64,000 nt of DNA, taken from NCBI GenBank assembly GCA_051306005.1, contig JBPPMJ010000006.1, positions 8,361-72,360 of the forward strand, read 5' to 3'. The notes beneath the pieces were generated by a model that was given only the letters and a program-made list of their open reading frames with translations, was not told where the DNA came from and searched no databases. The DNA is from Minisyncoccota bacterium. Its GTDB lineage: Bacteria; Patescibacteriota; Minisyncoccia; Moranbacterales; UBA1568. The position numbers and the translations under genes are program-made. Shown piece by piece: positions 49,118 through 58,382 of the stretch (position 1 is its first letter; each line of letters opens with the position of its first letter).

Positions 49118-50005
49118 ATGTCATTAATGGAACAAGAAACTCTCACAATAAAATTTGATGGCCAGAACCATCAGGTGGATGTTCAGACTTTTGTGTACTC
49201 CGTGCTCAATTTTACGACGGTCGTAAAGGAAGCGAATAAGAGAAACGGAGGGAACCCGATAAATATAAATATTAAGGCACCTGAAAAAGGGAGTCTTCTT
49301 GTCGATCTTGTAACGAACGCTGTCAATAACCCGACCCTGCTGAATGGCACGACTATTTTAGCGAGTACGATAGTTATCGTTGGCGGAGTTTATCAACTTC
49401 ACAAATTTATAAGTGGGAGAAAGACTAAAGAAGTAAAGACTGAAAATAGTGAAACTACTATTACGCTTGAAGACGGCTCAATTCTTACTATTGCGGAGAA
49501 TATTTACAATATCTACACGACAACTCCGGCTATACCGGATAGTATTTCTAAAAACTTTTCCGCTTTAAGCGAGGATCCAGCGGTAACAAACTTTGAAGTT
49601 TCTAGGAATGGAACAGAAAAAATTATTGAAGTATCAAAAGAGGATTATGCAAGAATGGCTATTAAGCAGCAGATCGAGACAGAAAATTCAAGAACTATTG
49701 TTGAGTCTGCAAACCTCTACATTTACAAGGTAGTTTTCGAAAAAACCGATCGAAAGTGGGAATTCTATCATAACGGTGATAAAATTTCTGCCAATATCTT
49801 TGATGAAGATTTCTTCAAGCTGATTGATAGAGGAGAGTCTTTTTCAAAGGGGGATCAACTAAAAGCTGATCTTCAAGTCACCCAGATTTTTGATGAATCC
49901 ATTGGTACCTATGTGAATCAATCCCATGCTGTTTTGAAAGTCTACGAGCATATTAAACGGTCAGAACCGATGGAATTGCCTTTTAATAAAACTATTGAGG
50001 ATTAA
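49118..50005 (+). CDS. hypothetical protein
   Basis: 295-aa ORF. Last gene of the island. Followed by hairpin cccgcga-ttcctttct-tcgcggg. Confidence 0.45.
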   Translation: MSLMEQETLTIKFDGQNHQVDVQTFVYSVLNFTTVVKEANKRNGGNPININIKAPEKGSLLVDLVTNAVNNPTLLNGTTILASTIVIVGGVYQLHKFISGRKTKEVKTENSETTITLEDGSILTIAENIYNIYTTTPAIPDSISKNFSALSEDPAVTNFEVSRNGTEKIIEVSKEDYARMAIKQQIETENSRTIVESANLYIYKVVFEKTDRKWEFYHNGDKISANIFDEDFFKLIDRGESFSKGDQLKADLQVTQIFDESIGTYVNQSHAVLKVYEHIKRSEPMELPFNKTIED

Positions 50006-50270
50006 GGGAGTCCCGCCCGCGATTCCTTTCTTCGCGGGCTGGGATGTGTGCGCACGGGTGGGTGGGGCAAGCACAACAAGATTTGCTTGTGCTTTAGCAC
50101 AAACCACTTGAAAGGAGTTACCACTAACCATACCGAAACGGTGAGCAACAGAGCTACTGCCAAACGTGGATATTGCGCCGACGCGAGGATGAAGAAATGA
50201 GTGAACAAAATATTGCCTGATGTGGTAAAATAATCATAAGCTCATTCTTTCAGCCTTCGCGACGGACTCA

Positions 50271-50497
50271 AAAGCAGACAGCCCCGCCGCTCTGCACCAA
50301 AGTGCAGAACATCCCAGAAAAACTGACTTTTCCTTTTTGAAAGAAAAAATCGGGCGTGCGCAAAATCCGAAATGCGAAGATAGTTTTTCTAGGATGGAGC
50401 GATCCCGCTTTAGCGGGTCGCAGCGGCGGGGCTGGCTCCCTTAGTATGGTTTCATTCAGCCGTTGCGGAGAAAATAGGTTTGAGCGGTACGGTAAAG
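50271..50497. repeat. right copy of ~226-bp inverted repeat (reverse complement of 43277-43502)
   Basis: See left copy. Internal stems conserved, with wobble-compatible substitutions. Confidence 0.75.
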
Positions 50498-50516
50498 TCA
50501 CTCATTAAACTCTCTT

Positions 50517-52667
50517 TTATAAGGTTTGGCTTTTTTTGTTTAGCCATTGGTTGAATGCGCTATTGAGATGTGCCATAGATGCTTTGACGAAGGTGACGGC
50601 ATAGTGTTCCGTGGGAGTGAAGGTATAGGTAGGAAAACGCATATCTGTCAGTGTAATGGTATCTGGAAGTGAGGCATGTGTGCCAGATGCAAGAAGAGTG
50701 CGTATCATCATTTCACGATTTTTCTGATGGACGTTTGAACTCATCGGTGAAAGGGGCGTTGTATGCGTTTGCGTGGACAATGGGATATCTGATGATGTAG
50801 CAGATGTATCGGTAGTCGGAAGAATGGTATCAATAGCTGGAGTTGGTTGTTCCAGATCCACATTCTCTATTGGCTCGACGGATTCTTCTGTGGTTGGATC
50901 AATATCGGTCACGACGTCGATAGAAGACATTTTTGTTGGTTCATTGATTGTTGTCCATATCCATCCACCCTCTTTCATTTTCTGATAAACGGCATTTTCT
51001 TTAATGGGTGTATCCGTTTTATATTTTATTTTTTGCAGAATTTCGCCATTCGGTGCACGTAGCTCTATTTTTCCTTTCTGATTGGGCAAACTGAAGTGAG
51101 CATGTTCACGGGTCAGTGTAAATTTTTGTTTGGGCTTGAGGATGATATCTTGATTAATCGGATGATTGATGAGTTTTTTCCATCCGGTTGTAATGCCAAA
51201 ACCGCGGAGATTAACTGCTTTTTTGTGACGATTTTCTAAGATGAGCCATTCGTTGTCTGTGTCTTTGCCGACAGGGTTGGCAACGAGTGCGATGATACGA
51301 ATTTTCGGAGGATCATAAGATTCTATTTTCACAGTGAAAGTTTCGAGAGTATCATCTTTACCATCAGTTGTTTTGAGTGTAACGTTATAGCGCCCGTTTT
51401 TTTCATAGGTATGTGTCGTATTTTTCAAATAACTCTTGTGTCCATCACCGAAATTCCAAGTATATTTGAGCGTATCGCGATCGACATCTTTACCACGCGC
51501 ATAAAATTGAAGAGCTATATTACTAAAACCTTTCTTTGGAATTTTTTCACGTGTTTCAGGCAGATTGTTGAGGCTATTTGGCGCGCCAGGAGTCGGTGTA
51601 CCGCCTCGCCATTCTGTTGCGGTATAGTTGAGCGACACATCATCTTTACTGGTAGCGTATTGCGCGGTATTGATGAGTATGTTCTGCGCATCGAAGAGTG
51701 ACAGTGTTTCTTTGGTGTTATTAAGGGCAAAGGTAAAGTCTGTGTCTGAAATGAGCAAATAGCCATTGGGTGTGATGAATGTCTTATTCGGAAAAACATA
51801 TTTACCCGATTTGGTGGCATCACGGATACTCCAGCCACTGATGTCTTGCTTTTTTTCTCCTGCGTTGAAAAGTTCAATAAATTCTCCCATGTCTTGTTTC
51901 GCTTTTGGATTAGGGAATATTTCATTGAAACGGATAGCGGACGGAGTCAAGGATGCGTTGTCGGCTATTGGTAGCGTACCGGGTAATGAAGGCGATGCTG
52001 AACAACGATTCTCCGTACTGGCAGTTGGAGTAGGCGTGAGAGCAAATTCTGGCAACCAATTGCCAGTAGAGGTATCACGTACTAGACTCGTACCTTCTTC
52101 CGGATTATTTTCAATCATTATCTGAGAAAAACTATTTTTAGGTAGAAAGCAGTCAGTAATCTTTGGAGGGACACAAACACCCCATGTGACACTGTCAATG
52201 AGCTTCTCCTTGTCATCAAAGATGGCAAGGCTGTTGTTGTTAGCTAATATCGGTGACACTTCATTTTTATTTTGGACGTCAAATAGAGAGATAAAAGAAG
52301 CCTTACCACCTTTGTTGGTCCATAGAAGAAATCCATGTGGCTCAATGGTGTCTGTTTTGTGAAACGGGTGTGGTGTATCACAATCAAGTGTTTCAAATTC
52401 ATGTAAAAGTGTGCCACGTGGTGTTTTGTCACCTTTAGTTTTTTTCCGTAACTGCCAATCAGAGATATTAATTGCATGATCGGTAGTGTTATAGAGTTCT
52501 ATAAAATCATCGTTTGTATCTTGACCAACGATTTGCACCTCGCTGATAATTACTGGCGGAAGGGTCTGGGCATGGACCGATGTTTGAGGGTGAGCAAGGA
52601 AAAGGGGACAGAGAATTATAGTATGGAAAACTATTTGTAGGGGTACATTGTTGATTTTAACGCGCAT
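50517..52667 (-). CDS. secreted protein with two lamin-tail (LTD) domains and a PKD domain
   Basis: Signal peptide. LTD-like IISEVQIVGQDTNDDFIELYNTTDHAINISDWQL and IRFNEIFPNPKAKQDMGEFIELFNAGEKKQDISGWSI. PKD motif YTWNFGDGHKSY...HTYEKNGRYNVTLK. Confidence 0.65.
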   Translation of the reverse strand: MRVKINNVPLQIVFHTIILCPLFLAHPQTSVHAQTLPPVIISEVQIVGQDTNDDFIELYNTTDHAINISDWQLRKKTKGDKTPRGTLLHEFETLDCDTPHPFHKTDTIEPHGFLLWTNKGGKASFISLFDVQNKNEVSPILANNNSLAIFDDKEKLIDSVTWGVCVPPKITDCFLPKNSFSQIMIENNPEEGTSLVRDTSTGNWLPEFALTPTPTASTENRCSASPSLPGTLPIADNASLTPSAIRFNEIFPNPKAKQDMGEFIELFNAGEKKQDISGWSIRDATKSGKYVFPNKTFITPNGYLLISDTDFTFALNNTKETLSLFDAQNILINTAQYATSKDDVSLNYTATEWRGGTPTPGAPNSLNNLPETREKIPKKGFSNIALQFYARGKDVDRDTLKYTWNFGDGHKSYLKNTTHTYEKNGRYNVTLKTTDGKDDTLETFTVKIESYDPPKIRIIALVANPVGKDTDNEWLILENRHKKAVNLRGFGITTGWKKLINHPINQDIILKPKQKFTLTREHAHFSLPNQKGKIELRAPNGEILQKIKYKTDTPIKENAVYQKMKEGGWIWTTINEPTKMSSIDVVTDIDPTTEESVEPIENVDLEQPTPAIDTILPTTDTSATSSDIPLSTQTHTTPLSPMSSNVHQKNREMMIRTLLASGTHASLPDTITLTDMRFPTYTFTPTEHYAVTFVKASMAHLNSAFNQWLNKKSQTL

Positions 52668-52773
52668 ATTTTTTTATCTCTTTTTCTTTAGCATACCGAA
52701 CTTGATAAGAATTGCAAAGTGTGCTATACTAGAAGAAACAATAGTATTTTATAGATGATGTATCCTAGTTTAC

Positions 52774-53085
52774 ATGACTGAAAAGAGAAAAAAAACCGTG
52801 AATTTGACAGCCTTGCTTGTAGAGAGCGTTTTTGGTAATCTGCAGATCTTTTTGGATGGGATTTTGGCTGGTGCTTCTGAAGCGACACGTGCATTAACCA
52901 CAAAAATTGCTTTGCATGCCTCACTTTTCGTACTGGTTTTGCTGGGCATTATTTTTGCTTTGGTTGGTGTCGCTCAATTTATAGAAGCTCATTATCAGCT
53001 TGCGGGTATTGGAGCAATCGTCGTGGGGAGTGCTTTGTTGATACTAGTCTTTCTGATACGTCTTTTCTCTCGGGAAAGTATATAG
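52774..53085 (+). CDS. YqjE/DUF1469-like (holin-X-like) two-TM membrane protein
   Basis: Amphipathic N-terminus then two TMs (LHASLFVLVLLGIIFALVGV, LAGIGAIVVGSALLILVFLI). Confidence 0.4.
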   Translation: MTEKRKKTVNLTALLVESVFGNLQIFLDGILAGASEATRALTTKIALHASLFVLVLLGIIFALVGVAQFIEAHYQLAGIGAIVVGSALLILVFLIRLFSRESI

Positions 53086-53134
53086 TGTGTAGAGCTACCT
53101 ATTCAATAAAATAATTATTTTCATACAAAAACGT

Positions 53135-53389
53135 ATGGCAAAGAAAAAAATACTCGATACGGTCAGGGCAACGGTAATGGATACCCTAGATGATAGTCGT
53201 ATGCAGGCTGAAAAAGAATTAGCAAAGGCGAAACAGTATTTTGATGCTTCCCTGAAAAAAGTGAGTGAGTATGTGAAGAAAAATCCGAAGCAGGCGACGG
53301 CGGTATCCGCGGGTATCGGTGTGGCCTTGGGTACGGCCTTAACTCTTTTGACGGGAAGCAAGAAACCGAATTCGAAAAAGAAAAAATAG
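53135..53389 (+). CDS. YqjD/ElaB (DUF883)-like protein
   Basis: Helical N-terminus. KKNPKQATAVSAGIGVALGTALTLL C-terminal anchor then basic tail. Typical DUF883 layout. Confidence 0.45.
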   Translation: MAKKKILDTVRATVMDTLDDSRMQAEKELAKAKQYFDASLKKVSEYVKKNPKQATAVSAGIGVALGTALTLLTGSKKPNSKKKK

Positions 53390-53500
53390 GCCAGAATAAG
53401 AACGAGTGGGCCATGTCATTTTACAAGAATTCGTCTCGTTTGGGGCGAATTTTTGTTCATAGTCGAGAGATTTTAGCATTGATGTGGCATTAGGGATGAT

Positions 53501-54268
53501 ATGAAGTACTTCATTATCACATCGTTATTGAGTGTTCTCGTAGTATCTGGTTTCGGATACTGGTTTTTATGGAGTCATGATCAATCTTTCATATTGTCTA
53601 ATACGAATCGTCCTTTCATAGAGGCAAAGTGGGCACAGAAAGATATATCCACAGAAGGGTTGGTTGCATCACCCACGACAGATACCGTTTCGATACCGCC
53701 TCAGACTCATACAACATCACCAGAGACAACAGGTACACCAAATGCATCTGCCGTGACTCCTCAATCGGTACCCGCATCTTCACACTTAGAGGATGACCAA
53801 ACAATAACCATAGTCAATCGTCTCATGCGGAGCGGTTTTACAATACCGGCAAAACCTCGCAACATTGATACGATTGTTCTGCATTCGTCCTATGATGCTA
53901 TGGGGCCAGATCCTTTTTTAGTCAGTGGCATTATCAAGGAATACGAAGCATATGGAGTGAGTGCGCACTACCTGATTGATCGTGAGGGTATCACTTACCA
54001 GCTGGTGCGAGATGAACATATCGCATACCATGCAGGGGTGGCTGTGGCACCTGACGGAAGAAAAAATGTTAATGATTTTTCTTTAGGCATTGAAATTGTT
54101 AACACGCAAACAGGAAAAATGACGGATGATCAGTATCGGGCGGTAAACGCGCTTATTGACATGCTTAAAAAACGATATACGATTAAGTTTGTGGTGGGGC
54201 ATCGAGATATTGCTCCGGATCGTAAGACTGATCCATGGAATTTGAATTGGCAGAAAATTCATGAATGA
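53501..54268 (+). CDS. N-acetylmuramoyl-L-alanine amidase (amidase_2/PGRP fold)
   Basis: N-terminal TM. IVLHSSYD ... AHYLIDREG ... AYHAG ... GIEIVN ... VVGHRDIAPDRKTDP. Confidence 0.75.
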   Translation: MKYFIITSLLSVLVVSGFGYWFLWSHDQSFILSNTNRPFIEAKWAQKDISTEGLVASPTTDTVSIPPQTHTTSPETTGTPNASAVTPQSVPASSHLEDDQTITIVNRLMRSGFTIPAKPRNIDTIVLHSSYDAMGPDPFLVSGIIKEYEAYGVSAHYLIDREGITYQLVRDEHIAYHAGVAVAPDGRKNVNDFSLGIEIVNTQTGKMTDDQYRAVNALIDMLKKRYTIKFVVGHRDIAPDRKTDPWNLNWQKIHE

Positions 54269-54272
54269 GTAG

Positions 54273-54593
54273 ATGACATTGGTACGTATGGGTTATTCTT
54301 GGCACCTCATTATCGGAGAAAAACACCACCGCCTCCTCTTGCGACAAGCGGAGCGGACGATAACGATGCGTGAATGGACAGATCAGCGTGATCTTGGACA
54401 AAAAGTATTTCAGGCATTGACTGATATGTTCGCGGAGCAAAAGCTTCATCCGGAACAAGTCAGTGAGTTTTTTGTGGAATCTTTTTTGCCAGATACGTAT
54501 ACGTCGTCGCGTATTGCCGAAACTTTGAAAAGAGTGTATATTTTTGGTACGGTTGCCTTGACGAATGTCAATGGAAATGGAACGTCGTTATGA
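54273..54593 (+). CDS. hypothetical small protein
   Basis: 106-aa ORF with no motif. Weak hairpin/T-run at ~54684-54705. Confidence 0.3.
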   Translation: MTLVRMGYSWHLIIGEKHHRLLLRQAERTITMREWTDQRDLGQKVFQALTDMFAEQKLHPEQVSEFFVESFLPDTYTSSRIAETLKRVYIFGTVALTNVNGNGTSL

Positions 54594-54933
54594 GTTGTAT
54601 TGAAAGCGTGCCGTACACTATCCGAAACATATTGAAGTGTTCATTCTGAATACAAAAAATAACGAATAGTTTTTCTTTACAAAGGCTTTTAAAAGCCATT
54701 TTTTTCAGTGGATTTGACAGAGAAAAAGAACTTTGTTACACTACTCGGTATTCATATTGAAAGTTGAAGACTTTCAGACTTCTCCCGTCTGAAAGGTAAT
54801 GTTTTTATAAGGGAATGGAGTGCAATATCGCCATCGTTACAACGCAATAGTGTTATTTATCCGATAATCTCATTTGTCCTACTTGTTTCAAGAGTCTGGT
54901 TGAAGCAAGGAGTGTCCATATGAGTGTCTTTTT

Positions 54934-57900
54934 ATGTCCAATGAAGAGAAGGTGTTACGGGTGAAAGGTTCTTTTGGGAAAGAATCATCTTTGTCGAAAC
55001 GAAAGTTCTTCAATAATCGGATCATGGTGTCCCTGCCAGACCTGATTGAAGTGCAAACAGATTCTTACAAATGGTTTTGGGAAAAGGGTTTGAAAGAGCT
55101 TTTTTCTGAAGTGAACCCGATTACAGACTTCACGAGCAAAGACTTGGAATTGTCTATCAATGAGTACTATTTGGACGAGCCAAAATACAGCGCTTTGATT
55201 GCCAAAAACAAGAATATTTCTTACGAAGCTCCGTTGCGTGCCAAGGCGACCCTATTGATGAAAAAAACGGGCGAGGTCAAGGAACAAGAAATTTATCTGG
55301 GAGACTTTCCCGTCATGACGGAACGAGGTACATTTATCATCAATGGTGTTGAGCGAGTGGTAGTCAATCAACTCATCCGTTCTCCAGGTGTGTTCTTCAC
55401 GATGAGCTATCAAAAAGGCAAGAAGCTGTTTGGTGCAAAAATCATTCCGAATCGCGGTGCTTGGTTGGAAATAGAAACGGATTTGGATGGTGTTCTTTCA
55501 GTAAAAATTGACCGAAAACGTAAACTCCCGATTACCGGGCTTTTCAAGGCGTTTGGCTTTGATGATAAAAGTTTGCGCACGGCTTTTGCGGATATTGATA
55601 CAGGTGATCACAAATATATTGAAACGACGTTGCTCAAGGATCCGGCGCATAATCAAGGTGAAGCGTATCGAGAAGTGTATAAACGTTTGCGTCCGGGTGA
55701 TCTGGCAACGGAAGAGAATGCCCGCCAGATGATTAACGCTATGTTTTTCAATTTTGAACGGTATGATTTTGGTTCTGTTGGACGGTATCGCTTGAACCAA
55801 CGTCTATCTGTGGAACGTGAAGATACGGAAGAAAATCGCATCTTGAACACGGATGATTTGATCTTGATTGTGCAGGAAGTCATCCGTTTGAACAATGACC
55901 CCAATGGACAGGCTGACGACATTGATCATTTGGGCAATCGTCGCGTGCGTGCGGTAGGTGAACTGATTCAGAACAAATTGCGTGTCGGTATGTATCGCAT
56001 GGTGCGCAATATCAAAGATCGCATGAGTACCTGTGATCCGGAAACGGTGGTGCCTGGACAACTGATTAATCCGCGTCCAGTAGCGGCTTCTGTTAAAGAA
56101 TTTTTCTCAAGCTCTCAACTGTCTCAGTTTATGGATCAGGTCAATCCGCTGGCTGAGTTGGAACATAAACGCCGTTTATCAGCCATGGGACCAGGTGGGT
56201 TGACTCGTGAACGTGCCGGATTTGAGGTGCGCGACGTACACCATTCCCACTATGGACGTATTTGCCCCATCGAGACTCCGGAAGGTCCGAACATCGGTCT
56301 AGTTGGTCACTTGGCAAGTTATGCTCGTGTAAATGAATTTGGTTTTTTGGAAACACCATACTTGATTGTCAAAAAATCCGTGCCAGCCGAAAAAGAGGTA
56401 TTGTTACACCGTATCATTAATGAAACGATCGCCGGTGTTGTGAAAAAGGGCGATACTATTACCGAAGTCAATGTAAAAAAAATCATAGAACACAAGAAGG
56501 GCGAAATGGTACACGTACATCCCTTTGTGTCTTTGGAAATTGAATACTTGAATGCTATTGTGGAGGATCGTAAAATTATCGCGCATGCTGGCGTGGAATT
56601 GGATGAGCATCGGAATATTATTGGTTCGATGGTGGAGGCACGCGTGAAAGGCCATCCGGAAACCATTGAGACGGACTCTGTTGATTTCATGGATGTGTCC
56701 GTGAAACAATGTATCTCGATTGCCACTTCACTTATTCCTTTTGTGGAACATGACGATGCGAACCGTGCGTTGATGGGTTCAAACATGCAACGTCAAGCAG
56801 TCTCTTGTGTGGTACCCGAGGCACCAATCGTCGGTACTGGTATCGAAGACAAGGCGGCGCGTGACTCTGGTCAAGTGGTATTGGCCAATATGGATGGAGA
56901 AGTCATTACTGTTGATGCCAATCATATTATCGTTCGTTCTAAAGCGCCAGCGGGTGCCAAGAAAGATTGTTTGGACACGGAGTACCTCTTGCAGAATTTT
57001 GAAAAGTCCAACGCCTTTACCAGTATGAATCAGGCACCGCGTGTCACCAAGGGTCAGCAAGTGCAACGTGGAGATCTTTTAGCGGATGGTGCTTCGACGG
57101 ATAATGGGGAATTGGCACTTGGACAAAACATGGTTGTGGCCTTTGTTCCGTGGAACGGCTATAACTATGAAGATGCTATTATCGTTTCCGAACGGGTGGT
57201 ACAAGCAGATCGTTGGAGCTCTATTCACATTGAAGATTGTTCCATCGATGTGCGTGATACCAAGCTTGGACCGGAAGTCATTACCCGCGATATCCCAAAT
57301 ATTGGTGAGGATCGTTTGAAAAACCTGGATGAAGGAGGGATTATTCGGATTGGTGCGGAGATCTCTTCTGGAGACATTCTTGTCGGTAAAATCACACCAA
57401 AAGGAGAAGGTGATCTTACCGCGGAAGAACGCCTGTTACGTGTGATTTTTGGTGAAAAATCTCGCGATGTGAAAGATTCGTCCATGTACCTGTCACATGG
57501 TGGGCATGGCAAAGTGGTCGGTGTAAAGATTTTTTCTCGGGAACGTGGTGACAAGTTGCCGATGGGAGTTTTTCAGCAGATTCAAGTTTCTATCGCACAG
57601 ATGCGCAAGATTTCCGTTGGTGACAAACTCGCCGGACGTCATGGAAACAAGGGTGTGATTTCCTATATCGCATCCGCAGAAGATATGCCCTACTTGCCAG
57701 ATGGAACGCCAGTGGATGTTGTATTGAACTCGCTTGGTGTGGCCTCTCGTATGAACATTGGACAAATCTTGGAAACGCACTTGGGTTGGGCAGCCAAAAC
57801 ACTGGGATACAAGGTGGCCAGTATGGCACTTGATGGCGTGTCTGAAAAAGATATCAAGGGAGAACTCAAGAAAGCCGGTCTACCAGAACACGGAAAAATC

Positions 57901-58344
57901 AGGCTCATTGACGGTAAGACCGGACAACCATTCGATAATGAATCTACCGTCGGCGTGATGTATATTATGAAACTCAATCACTTGATTGAAGACAAATTGC
58001 ATATGCGAAGTATCGGTCCGTATTCACTCATTACCCAGCAACCGCTTGGCGGAAAAGCACAGTTTGGCGGTCAGCGTTTTGGAGAAATGGAAGTATGGGC
58101 GTTGGAAGGATATGGTGCTGCCTATACGCTACAGGAAATGTTGACAATCAAGTCGGACGATGTGCTTGGGCGTTCTAAGGCTTATGAATCTATCATTAAG
58201 GGTGAGCCAATCAAGAGTCCAAATTTGCCTGCTTCATTTCACGTTTTGGTGAATGAATTGAAAGGTCTCTGTTTGAATGTCGAGCTCAAAGGGGCTCGCA
58301 CGGAATCAGAAGATGACGTGCCGGAAAGTATTGATACCGTCTAA
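54934..58344 (+). CDS. rpoB: DNA-directed RNA polymerase subunit beta
   Basis: 1136 aa with conserved beta-subunit blocks (GDKLAGRHGNKGV, NMQRQAV, etc.). Promoter-like TTGACA-17-TACACT at 54713-54741 in the leader. Confidence 0.97.
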   Translation: MSNEEKVLRVKGSFGKESSLSKRKFFNNRIMVSLPDLIEVQTDSYKWFWEKGLKELFSEVNPITDFTSKDLELSINEYYLDEPKYSALIAKNKNISYEAPLRAKATLLMKKTGEVKEQEIYLGDFPVMTERGTFIINGVERVVVNQLIRSPGVFFTMSYQKGKKLFGAKIIPNRGAWLEIETDLDGVLSVKIDRKRKLPITGLFKAFGFDDKSLRTAFADIDTGDHKYIETTLLKDPAHNQGEAYREVYKRLRPGDLATEENARQMINAMFFNFERYDFGSVGRYRLNQRLSVEREDTEENRILNTDDLILIVQEVIRLNNDPNGQADDIDHLGNRRVRAVGELIQNKLRVGMYRMVRNIKDRMSTCDPETVVPGQLINPRPVAASVKEFFSSSQLSQFMDQVNPLAELEHKRRLSAMGPGGLTRERAGFEVRDVHHSHYGRICPIETPEGPNIGLVGHLASYARVNEFGFLETPYLIVKKSVPAEKEVLLHRIINETIAGVVKKGDTITEVNVKKIIEHKKGEMVHVHPFVSLEIEYLNAIVEDRKIIAHAGVELDEHRNIIGSMVEARVKGHPETIETDSVDFMDVSVKQCISIATSLIPFVEHDDANRALMGSNMQRQAVSCVVPEAPIVGTGIEDKAARDSGQVVLANMDGEVITVDANHIIVRSKAPAGAKKDCLDTEYLLQNFEKSNAFTSMNQAPRVTKGQQVQRGDLLADGASTDNGELALGQNMVVAFVPWNGYNYEDAIIVSERVVQADRWSSIHIEDCSIDVRDTKLGPEVITRDIPNIGEDRLKNLDEGGIIRIGAEISSGDILVGKITPKGEGDLTAEERLLRVIFGEKSRDVKDSSMYLSHGGHGKVVGVKIFSRERGDKLPMGVFQQIQVSIAQMRKISVGDKLAGRHGNKGVISYIASAEDMPYLPDGTPVDVVLNSLGVASRMNIGQILETHLGWAAKTLGYKVASMALDGVSEKDIKGELKKAGLPEHGKIRLIDGKTGQPFDNESTVGVMYIMKLNHLIEDKLHMRSIGPYSLITQQPLGGKAQFGGQRFGEMEVWALEGYGAAYTLQEMLTIKSDDVLGRSKAYESIIKGEPIKSPNLPASFHVLVNELKGLCLNVELKGARTESEDDVPESIDTV

Positions 58345-58382
58345 ACACGTTTTCTTCATTCTTTACTTCTTCAAGCAACATT

